Below, piece by piece: positions 40,003 to 49,526 of a stretch of DNA of 64,000 nt. Position numbers and translations under genes: made by a program. Below the pieces are notes generated by a model. It saw only the letters and a list, made by a program, of their open reading frames with translations. It was not told where the DNA came from and did no database searches. Source of the stretch: Thermoanaerobaculia bacterium (GTDB lineage: Bacteria > Acidobacteriota > Thermoanaerobaculia > UBA5066 > Gp7-AA6). Numbering within the stretch: position 1 is the stretch's first letter; each line of letters opens with the position of its first letter. Location: positions 156 to 64,155 of the forward strand of contig DASXAG010000110.1 of NCBI GenBank assembly GCA_036406835.1. Reading direction: 5' to 3'.

Positions 40003-40018
40003 TGGTGCGTTTGCATCA
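40003..40018. promoter_or_regulatory. Palindromic operator, copy 4 (one mismatch)
   Basis: TGGTGCgtttGCATCA ending 66 bp upstream of the USP start. Confidence 0.65.
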
Positions 40019-40084
40019 TGGGTGCGGCGGCCTCGCGCCACAGAATCGAATCGAGCCGATCGATTCGATACGAAAGGAGACCCC

Positions 40085-40531
40085 ATGAAACCGATCCGAA
40101 ACATCCTGCTCGCCACGGATTTCTCCGCGGCGTCGCGGCCCGCGTTCCGGCGGGCGCTCGACCTGGCGAAGGCGAACTCCGCCGCGCTGTGGATCACGCA
40201 CGTCGCCGTTCCGCCGGTCCCGATCTCGCCGAACGGATACGTCCTGCCTCGCGTCTACGACGAGATGGACGCGGCGATCCGGGCCGACGCGTCGAAGCAT
40301 CTGCGGCGCCTGCTCGTGCTCGCGCAGAAGGCCGGAGTGCGCGGCCGCACGCTTCTCCTGCGCGGCGCGCCCTCCGAGGCGCTCGCCCGGGCGGCGCGCG
40401 GGCGCCGCGCCGACCTCATGGTCCTGGGCACGCACGGGCGGACGGGCGTCGCGCGGTTCCTGGTCGGCAGCGTCGCCTCGCGGGTCGTCGCGACGGCGCC
40501 TTGTCCGGTCCTGACCGTGCGGGCGGCGTGA
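40085..40531 (+). CDS. Universal stress protein
   Basis: AAAGGAG Shine-Dalgarno; ILLATDFS...DLMVLGTHGRTG...GSVA...PCPVLTVR. Confidence 0.92.
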   Translation: MKPIRNILLATDFSAASRPAFRRALDLAKANSAALWITHVAVPPVPISPNGYVLPRVYDEMDAAIRADASKHLRRLLVLAQKAGVRGRTLLLRGAPSEALARAARGRRADLMVLGTHGRTGVARFLVGSVASRVVATAPCPVLTVRAA

Positions 40532-40541
40532 GGCTCCGTCC

Positions 40542-41510
40542 GTGACGTCGTTCCCCGCGGCCGAAGCTCTCTCCACGCCGATCGTGACGTTGACCGTCAA
40601 TCCGTGCGTGGACGAGAGCGCGGCGGTGGACCGCGTCATCCCGGACCGCAAGCTCCGGTGCGGATCGCCCCGCCACGAGGCGGGCGGGGGTGGCGTCAAC
40701 GTCGCGCGGGCGATCCGGAGGCTCGGCGGGGGAGTCCTCGCCGTCTATCCCGCGGGGGGAGCCACCGGCGCGTTCCTCGAGCGCCTGCTGGCGCGGGAGG
40801 GAGTTCCCCAGAGCCGCATCCCGATCGGCGCTTGGACTCGCCAGAATCTGAATGTCTTCGAGGAGTCGACGGGCCGCCAGTTTCGCTTCGTCTTTCCGGG
40901 ACCCGTGCTCGTGGAGGCGGAGTGGGAGGCGTGCCTCGCCCGAATCGAAGCGCTCCATCCGTTTCCGCGCCACGTCGTGGGCAGCGGGAGCCTCCCTCCC
41001 GGCGTCCCGGCCGACTTCTACGCCCGCCTGGCGGAGCTCGTGCGGAGCCGGGGAGGACGGCTGCTGCTCGACGCCTCGGGAGAGGGACTCCAGGAGGCGC
41101 TCGCGCGAGGCGTGTTCCTCGTCAAGCCGAGCCTCGCGGAATTCCAGGGCCTGACCGGGCTCCGCGGCGCCGAGGAGTCGCAGCTCCTGCGGGAGTGCTC
41201 GCGCCTCGTCGGCGAGGGCCGTTGCGAGGTGGTCGTCCTCTCCCTCGGCGGCGCCGGGGCGCTCATGGTGACCGCGGAGGAGCGCGTGCGCTGGGTCGCG
41301 CCGACCGTGCCCGTCCGCAGCACCGTCGGAGCGGGGGACTCGATGCTGGCGGGCATCGCGTCGAGGCTCGATGCCGGAGCGTCGGTTCGCGAGGCCGTCC
41401 GATTCGGCGTGGCCGCCGCGGCGGCCTCCGTGATGAATCCGGGAACGGAGCTGTGCCGCTGCGAAGACGTGCAGCGGCTCCTGCCGCGCGTGACGTCGGT
41501 CCGAGTATGA
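40542..41510 (+). CDS. pfkB: PfkB/1-phosphofructokinase-family hexose kinase
   Basis: TLTVNPCVD, GGGGVNVAR, SGSLPPG, LVKPS and STVGAGDS. Confidence 0.88.
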   Translation: MTSFPAAEALSTPIVTLTVNPCVDESAAVDRVIPDRKLRCGSPRHEAGGGGVNVARAIRRLGGGVLAVYPAGGATGAFLERLLAREGVPQSRIPIGAWTRQNLNVFEESTGRQFRFVFPGPVLVEAEWEACLARIEALHPFPRHVVGSGSLPPGVPADFYARLAELVRSRGGRLLLDASGEGLQEALARGVFLVKPSLAEFQGLTGLRGAEESQLLRECSRLVGEGRCEVVVLSLGGAGALMVTAEERVRWVAPTVPVRSTVGAGDSMLAGIASRLDAGASVREAVRFGVAAAAASVMNPGTELCRCEDVQRLLPRVTSVRV

Positions 41511-42262
41511 CCGCCGCGCATGAAAGAGGACACGTCGGCTCTCTCGCGGTCCGGTTCGCCCTCGCCGGCGCCTTCCTCGCCCTGGGCGCTCCGGCCGGGG
41601 CGCTGATCCTGCGGGTTCTCGCGGGAGCCGGCGCGGTTCCGGAGCTGCGTGCGCACGCGTTCTTCTACCTGTACCAGCTGATCGGCACGTGCGTCGTCTT
41701 CGCGACGGCGGGCTTCGTCGCGGGCAGGCGCGCCGACCGGCTGCGGCGCGGCCGCGATCAGTACCGGCACCTGTCGGAGATCGACTCCCTCACGCGCCTC
41801 GCCAACGCGGAGACGTTCCGCCGGCACTACGATCGCTCGATGGAGCACGCGGCTCGGTTCTCCGAGCCGATCTCGCTCATGATGATCGACGTCGATCAAC
41901 TCAAGGGCCTGAACGACGAGCTCGGCCACTCCTTCGGAAGCGCCGCGCTCCGTCACGTCGCCCAGGTGCTGGACGAGTCCAAGCGGGCCGGCGACCTCGC
42001 CGCGCGCTGGGGAGGCGACGAGTTCACGCTCCTGATGCCGGGGACGGAGGCGGACACCGCGGCGCGGCGCGCCGAGAGCATCCTCGAGCGGCTGCGCGCG
42101 GTGCCGGTCCGCGTCGACGGGCGCGAGAAGACCATCTCGGCGACCATCGGCGTCGCCACGGCGTCCGGCGCGCCCGATTCGGATCTCTTCGAGGCCGCGG
42201 ACCGCGCGCTCTATGCGGGCAAGCGCGCCGGCCGCGGGCAGGTGCGCGCGGAGCGGGCGTGA
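41507..42262 (+). CDS. Membrane-anchored diguanylate cyclase
   Basis: Two TM helices, DSLTRLAN, and RAGD I-site five residues before GGDEF. Confidence 0.9.
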   Translation: MTAAHERGHVGSLAVRFALAGAFLALGAPAGALILRVLAGAGAVPELRAHAFFYLYQLIGTCVVFATAGFVAGRRADRLRRGRDQYRHLSEIDSLTRLANAETFRRHYDRSMEHAARFSEPISLMMIDVDQLKGLNDELGHSFGSAALRHVAQVLDESKRAGDLAARWGGDEFTLLMPGTEADTAARRAESILERLRAVPVRVDGREKTISATIGVATASGAPDSDLFEAADRALYAGKRAGRGQVRAERA

Positions 42263-42266
42263 GCGG

Positions 42267-42818
42267 CTAGCGCGAGTTCGCGGGAAACAGCGTCGGGATC
42301 GCCGCCGCGGCCGCGCCCTCGATCTCGAGGAGCCGCAGCTTCGTCGCCACGCCGCCGGGGGCCGAGAAGCCTCCCGTCCGGCCTTGCGCGGCGAGGACGC
42401 GGTGGCAGGGGATCAGGATCGGGATCGGATTCGCGCCCAGCGCCTGCCCGACCGCGCGCGCCTGCGTCGGATCGCCCAGGCGGCTCGCGATCTCGCCGTA
42501 GGAGAGCGTCTCGCCGGGCGGAATTGCGCGGGCGATCGCGTAGACGCGTCGGTGGAAGTCGGGCACGCCGTCGAGGTCCAGGGGAACGCTCGACAGGTCG
42601 CTCGGGGAGCCCGCGAGGTGCGCCGCGATGCGGTCGATGACCTCGCGAATCTCCTCGGTCGGCCTCGCCTCCCGTGCGTCGGGGAGCCGGCGGGCGATGC
42701 GGCCGCGCAGGCGCGCGGCGTCCCGTTCGGGCAGCCAGGCATGCGTGACCCCGCGCTCGCCCCAGGCGATGCCGCAGGCGCCGATCGCGGTGTCGAAGAC
42801 GTTGAACGAGGTCGTCAT
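42267..42818 (-). CDS. ogt: Methylated-DNA-protein-cysteine methyltransferase
   Basis: IPPGETLSYGEIA, ARAVGQALGANP and the PCHRV active site. Confidence 0.92.
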   Translation of the reverse strand: MTTSFNVFDTAIGACGIAWGERGVTHAWLPERDAARLRGRIARRLPDAREARPTEEIREVIDRIAAHLAGSPSDLSSVPLDLDGVPDFHRRVYAIARAIPPGETLSYGEIASRLGDPTQARAVGQALGANPIPILIPCHRVLAAQGRTGGFSAPGGVATKLRLLEIEGAAAAAIPTLFPANSR

Positions 42819-42876
42819 GATCAGTCCTCAGAACCCCGGCCGGAGCCAATTGGTTGCGCCGCTAGAATGACTCATC

Positions 42877-42967
<91 letters not shown>

Positions 42968-43178
42968 CTCGCCTTTCCCACCTCCTGTCTCCATTTGGGT
43001 ACTACCAGCCGCCATTGCACCAAGGTCCTACTGCCCCAGGGTCGGGACTCCTGTACATTGATCCGCAGTTGTCGGCTCTGGGTTCGTTCGCCGCGCAACG
43101 GGTGGCGCAGTTTCGCGAGGGCAGCGCTCGTGTCCTCGTGGATCTGAATCGCCCGTCGCCTGCAACCTGACGGGGGGC

Positions 43179-46100
43179 ATGAGGATGGATGACAACCCGA
43201 ACTCTTCTCAGCCGCAGCCGCACCCCTTGACCGGCGTCAATCGCCGGGACCTCTTCAAGCTGGGCCTGCGGGGGAGCGCCGGCCTCGCGCTCGGCGGCCT
43301 GTTCGACGTCGCGGCGGCCCGGGCCGCGACCCGCGAGATGAAGCTCGCGGAGATCAACGAGTTCACGACGTCCTGCAACTTCTGTTCGTGCGGCTGCGGC
43401 ATGATCGCCGCGGTCCGCGACGGCAAGCTGATCAAGATGGAGGGCGACTACGACCACATCGTCAGCCGCGGCTCGCTGTGCGTCAAGGGCATCTCGATGT
43501 TCGCGACGCACGCGTCGCCGAACCGCCTGACGAAGCCGCTCTACCGGGCGCCCGGCAGCGATCACTGGGAAGAGATGGAGTGGAAGGACGCGGCCGAGAA
43601 GATCGCGCGGAAGATCAAGAAGGTCCGCGACGAGAACTGGATCGCGACCGAGAAGCTCGTGGACAAGACCCACGCCGCCAACAAGGACGCGATCGGAAGG
43701 GAAGCCGACGCGAAGCCTCCGGAGGCGCTGGGGACGGACGTCCCCGTGAATCGCACGGACGCGATCGCGTTCCTCGGCGGCGCCCAGAACACCAACGAGG
43801 AGTGCTACATCTTCCAGAAGGCCAGCCGGCTGCTCGGCATCCCGTGGGTCGAGCACCAGGCCCGACTTTGACACAGCCCCACGGTCCCCGGTCTGGGGGC
43901 CGCGTTCGGGCGGGGCGCGATGACGAACCACTGGGCGGACATGCAGAACGCCAAGTGTTTCCTGATCGAGGGGAGCAACGTCGCCGAGAACCATCCGATG
44001 GCCTTCAAGTGGATCCGCAAGGCCCAGGAGAACGGCGCGAAGATCATCCACGTCGACCCCCGGTTCACGCGCACGTCGGCGACCGCCGACACGTACGCGC
44101 GCATCCGCCCGGGCACGGACGCCGCGTTCCTCAACACGATGATCAACCACATCCTCGTCAACAAGCTCTACGACGAGGACTTCGTCACGACCCACACGAA
44201 CGCGCTCTTCCTGCTCCAGCCCGACTTCGGCTTCCAGGACGGGCTCTTCTCCGGCTGGGACGAGGAGAAGCACGCCTACGACACGAAGTCGTGGGGCTAT
44301 CAGCTGGACGGCACCGGCCGCCCGAAGAAGGCCACGAGCCTCGATGACCCGCACTGCGTCTTCACGGCGCTGAAGACCTTCGTCTCTCGGTACACGCCCG
44401 AGACCGGCGCGAAGATCACCGGCGTCCCGGCGCAGCAGATCACGTCGATCGCCGAGACGTTCGCGAAGAACCGGCCCGGCACGATCCTCTACGCGCTCGG
44501 GATGACGCAGCACACGACCGGCGTCCAGGGAATCCGCGGCTTCACGATTCTCCAGCAGCTCCTCGGCAACCTCGGCAAGCCCGGCAGCGGCGTGAACGCG
44601 CTGCGCGGCGAGCCCAACGTGCAGGGCGCCTGCGACATGGGCGTGCTGAACAACTACCTGCCGGGCTACATGGACTATCCCGCGGCCACGGAGCCCACGC
44701 TCGAGGCGTACACCCGGAAGAACGGGACCGGCGACCGCCGGTTCCTCGTCAACATGCTCAAGGCGTTCTACGGGGACAACGCGACGCCCGAGAACGACTT
44801 CTGCTACGCGTGGCTGCCGAAGAAGAGCCCGTCGAAGAACTACGGCACGCTCCCGATCTTCCAGGATGCGCTCGCGGGCAAGCTGAAGCTGCTCTGGATC
44901 GTCGGGCAGAACCCGGCGGTCACGACGCCCAACCTGAACCTGACGTTCGCGGGGCTCGACAAGCTCGACACGCTGGTCGTCCACGAGATCTGGGAGACGG
45001 AGACGGCGAAGTTCTGGAAGCGTCCGGGTGCGGATCCGAAGTCGATCCAGACGGAGGTCTTCCTCCTGCCCGCGGCCTTCTTCATGGAGAAGAACGGCAC
45101 CATCACGAATTCGGGCGGACTCATCCAGTGGCGCCACGCCGCGGTCAAGCCGCCGGGCCGGGCGCTGCCGGACGGCGAGGTCGTCGACTACATCTTCCGC
45201 CGCGTGCGGGACCTCCTGCACGAGTCGCGCGATCCCAAGGACGATCCGGTCAAGAAGGCGGCGTGGACCTACCTCTCCGCCGAGGACGTGCTCAAGGAGA
45301 TGAACGGCTTCGCGCTCAAGGACCTCCCGGAGTCGAACCTCAAGGCCGGCGATCTCGTGACCAAGGTGGCCGACCTCAAGCCCGACGGCTCGACGTCCTC
45401 CGGCGCGTGGCTTTACGCGGGCATCTTCGCCGGCGGGAAGAACCTCTCGAAGCGCCGCGACAATCGGACGGATCCGGGGGACCTGGGCATCTATCCCGGC
45501 TTCGCGTGGACCTGGCCCAACAACATGCGCGTCCTCTACAACCGGGCCTCCTGCGACCGAAACGGGAAGCCGTACCCGGGCAGCAAGCCCATCGTCTGGT
45601 GGGACGAGAAGGCCGGTAAGTGGACGGGATACGACGTGCCCGACGTTCCCAAGGCGACCGACGGCCCGAGCACCCCCAACGGCGTCCGCGCGTTCCACAT
45701 GAACGCGGAAGGCGTGGGGCGTCTCTTCGCGGCCGTGTACAAGGACCCCGACGACAAGGCCGACAACGCCCAGCGCGACAGCCCGATCCCCCGCGACGTC
45801 GGCTACGTCCCGAAGGACGGTCCGATGCCCGAGATGTACGAGCCCGTCGAGAGCCCGGTCGACAACATCCTCCACCCGAAGGTCCGGACGAATCCGCTGC
45901 TCAAGTACCCGAGCAACAAGGAACATCAGCCGATCGGCACGGCCGACAAGTTCCCGTACGTGCTCATGACCTCCACGGTCGCCGAGCACTGGTGCGGCGG
46001 ATCGACGACGCGCAACATCCCCTGGCTCAACGAGCTCGTCCCCGAGCCCATGGTCGAGATCCCGCCGGCGCTCGGGCAGAAGCTCGGGGTGAAGTCGGGC

Positions 46101-46385
46101 GACTGGGTCAAGGTCTCCTCCGCGCGCGGCGAGCTCACCGTGAAGGCCCTCGTGACGCCGCGCATGAAGCCCCTGACGGTGGACGGCAAGGAGGTCACGA
46201 TCGTCTGGATGCCCTACAACTGGGGCTTCCAGGGGCTGTCTCCGGGCGCCAGCGTCAATCACCTCACGATCGACGCGGCGGACCCGGGCGCCGGGACGCA
46301 GGAGACGAAGGCGTGCCTCGTGAACGTCGCCAAGTCGAGCAAGCCGGGAAGCGGCCGGTCCGAATCGCAAGGGAGGAAGGCATGA
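43179..46385 (+). CDS. fdnG: Selenocysteine-containing formate dehydrogenase alpha subunit (Tat-exported; TGA 43869-43871 = Sec)
   Basis: NRRDLFK Tat motif, CNFCSCGC and HQARL-TGA-HSPTVPGLG...FGRGAMTNHW; the two listed ORFs are in the same frame across the TGA. Confidence 0.93.
43883..43901 (+). promoter_or_regulatory. SECIS element of FDH
   Basis: GGTCCCC-GGTCT-GGGGGCC hairpin 11 nt after the UGA, similar to the E. coli fdhF arrangement. Confidence 0.85.
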
Positions 46386-48601
46386 GCACGCCGCAGACCG
46401 CCGGCGGCAACTCGAAGCCGACGCCGATCCGGACGACCCTGATCGACATCACCAACTGCATCGGCTGCCGCGCCTGCCAGGTCGCGTGCAAGCAGTGGAA
46501 CGACAAGGACGGCGAGTCGACCGAGCTCGACGGCCAGCTCGGCTTCCAGAATCCCGCGACGCTCAGCGCGAAGACGTACACGCTGATCTCGTTCCACGAG
46601 ATCGAGAACGAGCAGAAGCCGAGCGGGCTCGACGCCGCCTACGTGATGCGGCGCTGCTTCCATTGCCTCGAGCCGGGCTGCGTGTCGGCGTGCCCGACGA
46701 CGGCGCTCTACAAGCAGCCCGACGGCCCCGTCTCGTACTCCGCCGACAAGTGCATCGGCTGCCGCTACTGCATGCTGGCGTGCCCGTGGGACGTCCCCAC
46801 CGCGGAGTGGGACAAGCTCGCGCCGAAGATCGAGAAGTGCACGCACTGCGCCGATCGCGCCGATCAGCCCGTCCCGATCACGTTCAACGGCGAGAAGGCG
46901 TCCGACTACGAGACGAAGCGTTTCCTCGACACGATCAATACGCCCGCATGCGTCAAGGCGTGCCCGGCGGACGCTCTCCGCTACGGAACCCGCGACGAGA
47001 TGCTCGCGATGGCCAAGAAGCGCATGGCCGACCGGCCCGAGCGCTACGTCGACCACATCTACGGCGAGAAGGAGCTGGGCGGCACGACCGTGCTCTACCT
47101 CTCGGGCGTGCCGTTCGACAAGCTCGGCTTCCCGACGTTCGGCGAGAAGCCGTACCCGAAATTCACGGCGGCGGCGCTCGGCGCCGTCCCCCCGGCGGTC
47201 ATGGCGATCGGCGCGCTCCTGGGCGCCCTCTACGCGTTCTTCCGCAAGCGCGTCCAGGCCGTCGCGGACTCCCGTGGCGGGAACGGCCACGGCGGTGGCC
47301 ACGATCACCACGTCGAGTTCGAGACCCTTCCCGACAAGCTGATGACCCCGTTCAACTGGCTCCTGCTGGTGCTCATGCTCCTCTGCGGCGCGTCGATGGT
47401 GGCGCGGTTCGCGCTGGGACTCGGCGGCAGCACGCACCTCTCCGACACCTATCCGTGGGGCCTCTGGATCGTCTTCGACCTCGTCTGGATCGCCGTGGCC
47501 GCGGGGGCATTCGTCATGGCGGGGTTGATCTACGTCTTTCAGCGAAAAGACCTGTACGGGCTGGGTCGAATAGCCGTGCTCATGGGCTTGCTGAGCTACT
47601 CGTTCGTGACCGTCACGCTCATCGCCGACCTCGGCCTGCCGTGGCACTTCTACCAGCTGGGCCTGCAGTCGCCGGACCACTCGGCGATGTTCGAGGTGTC
47701 CTGGTGCGTCGGCCTCTACGTCACGATACTCGCGTTCGAGTTCCTGCCGGTCGTGCTGGACCGGTTCGGCCTCCATCGCCTGAAGGAGCTCTGGCAGAAG
47801 TGGTCGGGCTGGTACGTGGCGTTCGCGGTAACGCTGTTCATCTTCATGATGACCCGCAACCCGCTCTACACGGCGCTGACGTTCGTGATCTTCGCGACGC
47901 TCGCCTGGATCTTCCGCGACCGGCCGCGGACCGCGTTCGAGCCGATCCTCCTCGCGATCGCCGCCGTCACCCTGTCGACCATGCACCAGAGCTCCCTCGG
48001 CTCGCTGTATCTGCTGATGCCGAACATGCTCGCGCCGCAGTGGTGGACGCCCGTGCTGCCCGTTTACTTCTTCCTCTCCTCGATCGTCGCGGGGTCCGCG
48101 CTCGTCATCCTCATCGACATGTGGATCGCGAAGGGCTGGAAGCGCCCGCTCGTCATGGACCGGCTCGCCCGGGTCGGGCAGGTCACGTTCTGGTCCCTGC
48201 TCGTCTACCTCGGGTTCCGCCTGGGCGACATGGCGATGCGCGGCGCGTTCGCCGGCGCCTTCTCCGGACGGAAGGGCCTGGCCTTCGCCGCCGAGATCGT
48301 GCTCGGGGGGATCGTCCCGCTCGTGCTGCTGTCGAGCCGGGCGCTGCGGTCGCGGTCCGACGTGCTCTTCGCGGCCGCGCTCCTCGCGGTCCTCGGCGTG
48401 GTCTACAACCGGATGAACGTCGTCCTCTTCGCGATGGATCTCCGCGGCCGGATGCCCTGGGTCGCGCCGCACACGTATTTCCCGTCGCTCGTCGAGTGGA
48501 GCATCTCGATCGGCCTGATCGCCGCGACCATCTTCCTGTTCGGGCTGGGCGCGCGCCTGTTCCCGATCCTTCCCAAGGCGGAGGCGCGCGGGAGCCACTG
48601 A
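46382..48601 (+). CDS. Fused 4Fe-4S ferredoxin (FdnH/HybA-like) plus NrfD/HybB-type membrane anchor
   Basis: CIGCRACQVAC, CFHCLEPGCVSAC, CIGCRYCMLAC and CTHC...CVKAC, continuing in frame into YPWGLWI, LIADLG and LSTMHQSSLG. Confidence 0.88.
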   Translation: MSTPQTAGGNSKPTPIRTTLIDITNCIGCRACQVACKQWNDKDGESTELDGQLGFQNPATLSAKTYTLISFHEIENEQKPSGLDAAYVMRRCFHCLEPGCVSACPTTALYKQPDGPVSYSADKCIGCRYCMLACPWDVPTAEWDKLAPKIEKCTHCADRADQPVPITFNGEKASDYETKRFLDTINTPACVKACPADALRYGTRDEMLAMAKKRMADRPERYVDHIYGEKELGGTTVLYLSGVPFDKLGFPTFGEKPYPKFTAAALGAVPPAVMAIGALLGALYAFFRKRVQAVADSRGGNGHGGGHDHHVEFETLPDKLMTPFNWLLLVLMLLCGASMVARFALGLGGSTHLSDTYPWGLWIVFDLVWIAVAAGAFVMAGLIYVFQRKDLYGLGRIAVLMGLLSYSFVTVTLIADLGLPWHFYQLGLQSPDHSAMFEVSWCVGLYVTILAFEFLPVVLDRFGLHRLKELWQKWSGWYVAFAVTLFIFMMTRNPLYTALTFVIFATLAWIFRDRPRTAFEPILLAIAAVTLSTMHQSSLGSLYLLMPNMLAPQWWTPVLPVYFFLSSIVAGSALVILIDMWIAKGWKRPLVMDRLARVGQVTFWSLLVYLGFRLGDMAMRGAFAGAFSGRKGLAFAAEIVLGGIVPLVLLSSRALRSRSDVLFAAALLAVLGVVYNRMNVVLFAMDLRGRMPWVAPHTYFPSLVEWSISIGLIAATIFLFGLGARLFPILPKAEARGSH

Positions 48602-48605
48602 GCGC

Positions 48606-49526
48606 ATGAGCCCGAGGGGGGACATCGAGGCCTGGCTGGAGGCGCACGCGTTCCTCCGGCCGCTCGCCGAGGTGTGCGCCCGCGTCGAGCGCGCGGCCGA
48701 TCGAGTGGCCTCCGGCGGACCGCGTCTCGAGCCGCCCGCGTTCGACGACCATCGCGCCGACTTCATGGCCGGCGTCCCGGCGCTCCAGGGTGAATCGACC
48801 ACGGTCGACCTCGAGCCGGCGGGCGCGGCGGCGTTGGCGCTCGTCCGCGAGCTCGCGTCCGACCCGGAGGCGGGGCGAGTCGGCGAGGACGCCCGTGCGC
48901 TCGACGCCGAGTTGCGGCGGGAGCCCGAGGCGGTCCGCCGCGTCGCGGCGTGGCTTCTCGGAGACGACTCCCTCGCGGTGTCCTCGGCGGGCCTGCTGCG
49001 CTACCTCGGCTGGACCGCGGCGTCGCGCTGCCTCGCGCCGGTCGTCGCCGCGTTCGAGCGCTGGCGTATGGGCGGGGAGGGAGAGAACGACGAGCGGTGG
49101 CTCCGGCGCTACTGCCCGCTCTGCGGATCGGGACCGGCGATGGCGCAGCTCGTGGGAGCCGATCCCGGCCGCAAACGCCTGCTCGCGTGCGGATGCTGCG
49201 GCAGCCGCTGGCAGTTCAAGCGGACCGGATGCCCGTTCTGCGAGGCCGACTCGCACAAGATCGCGGTGGTGAGCGTGGAGGGGGAGAGCGGGCTCCGGAT
49301 CGACTACTGCGAGTCCTGCCGCGGGTACGTCAAGACGTACGACGGGCAGGGGAAGGAAGGCCTGCTCCTCGCCGACTGGACCTCGCTCCACATCGACCTG
49401 ATCGCGCAGGACCGCGGCCTGACGCGGATGGCCGCGTCGCTGTACGCGTTCGAATCGGGTTCCGCCGGGCCGGACGCCGCCGCGTCAGGCGCCGGCCGGG
49501 GACTCACCCTTCCAGTCCTGCAATGA
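48606..49526 (+). CDS. fdhE: Formate dehydrogenase accessory protein FdhE
   Basis: CPLCG, CGCCGSRW...CPFC and CESCRGYVK. Confidence 0.88.
   Translation: MSPRGDIEAWLEAHAFLRPLAEVCARVERAADRVASGGPRLEPPAFDDHRADFMAGVPALQGESTTVDLEPAGAAALALVRELASDPEAGRVGEDARALDAELRREPEAVRRVAAWLLGDDSLAVSSAGLLRYLGWTAASRCLAPVVAAFERWRMGGEGENDERWLRRYCPLCGSGPAMAQLVGADPGRKRLLACGCCGSRWQFKRTGCPFCEADSHKIAVVSVEGESGLRIDYCESCRGYVKTYDGQGKEGLLLADWTSLHIDLIAQDRGLTRMAASLYAFESGSAGPDAAASGAGRGLTLPVLQ

Noticed and set aside
43869-43871. In-frame stop in the FDH gene read as a pseudogene lesion
   Set aside because: It falls exactly at the conserved Sec position and has a SECIS hairpin.
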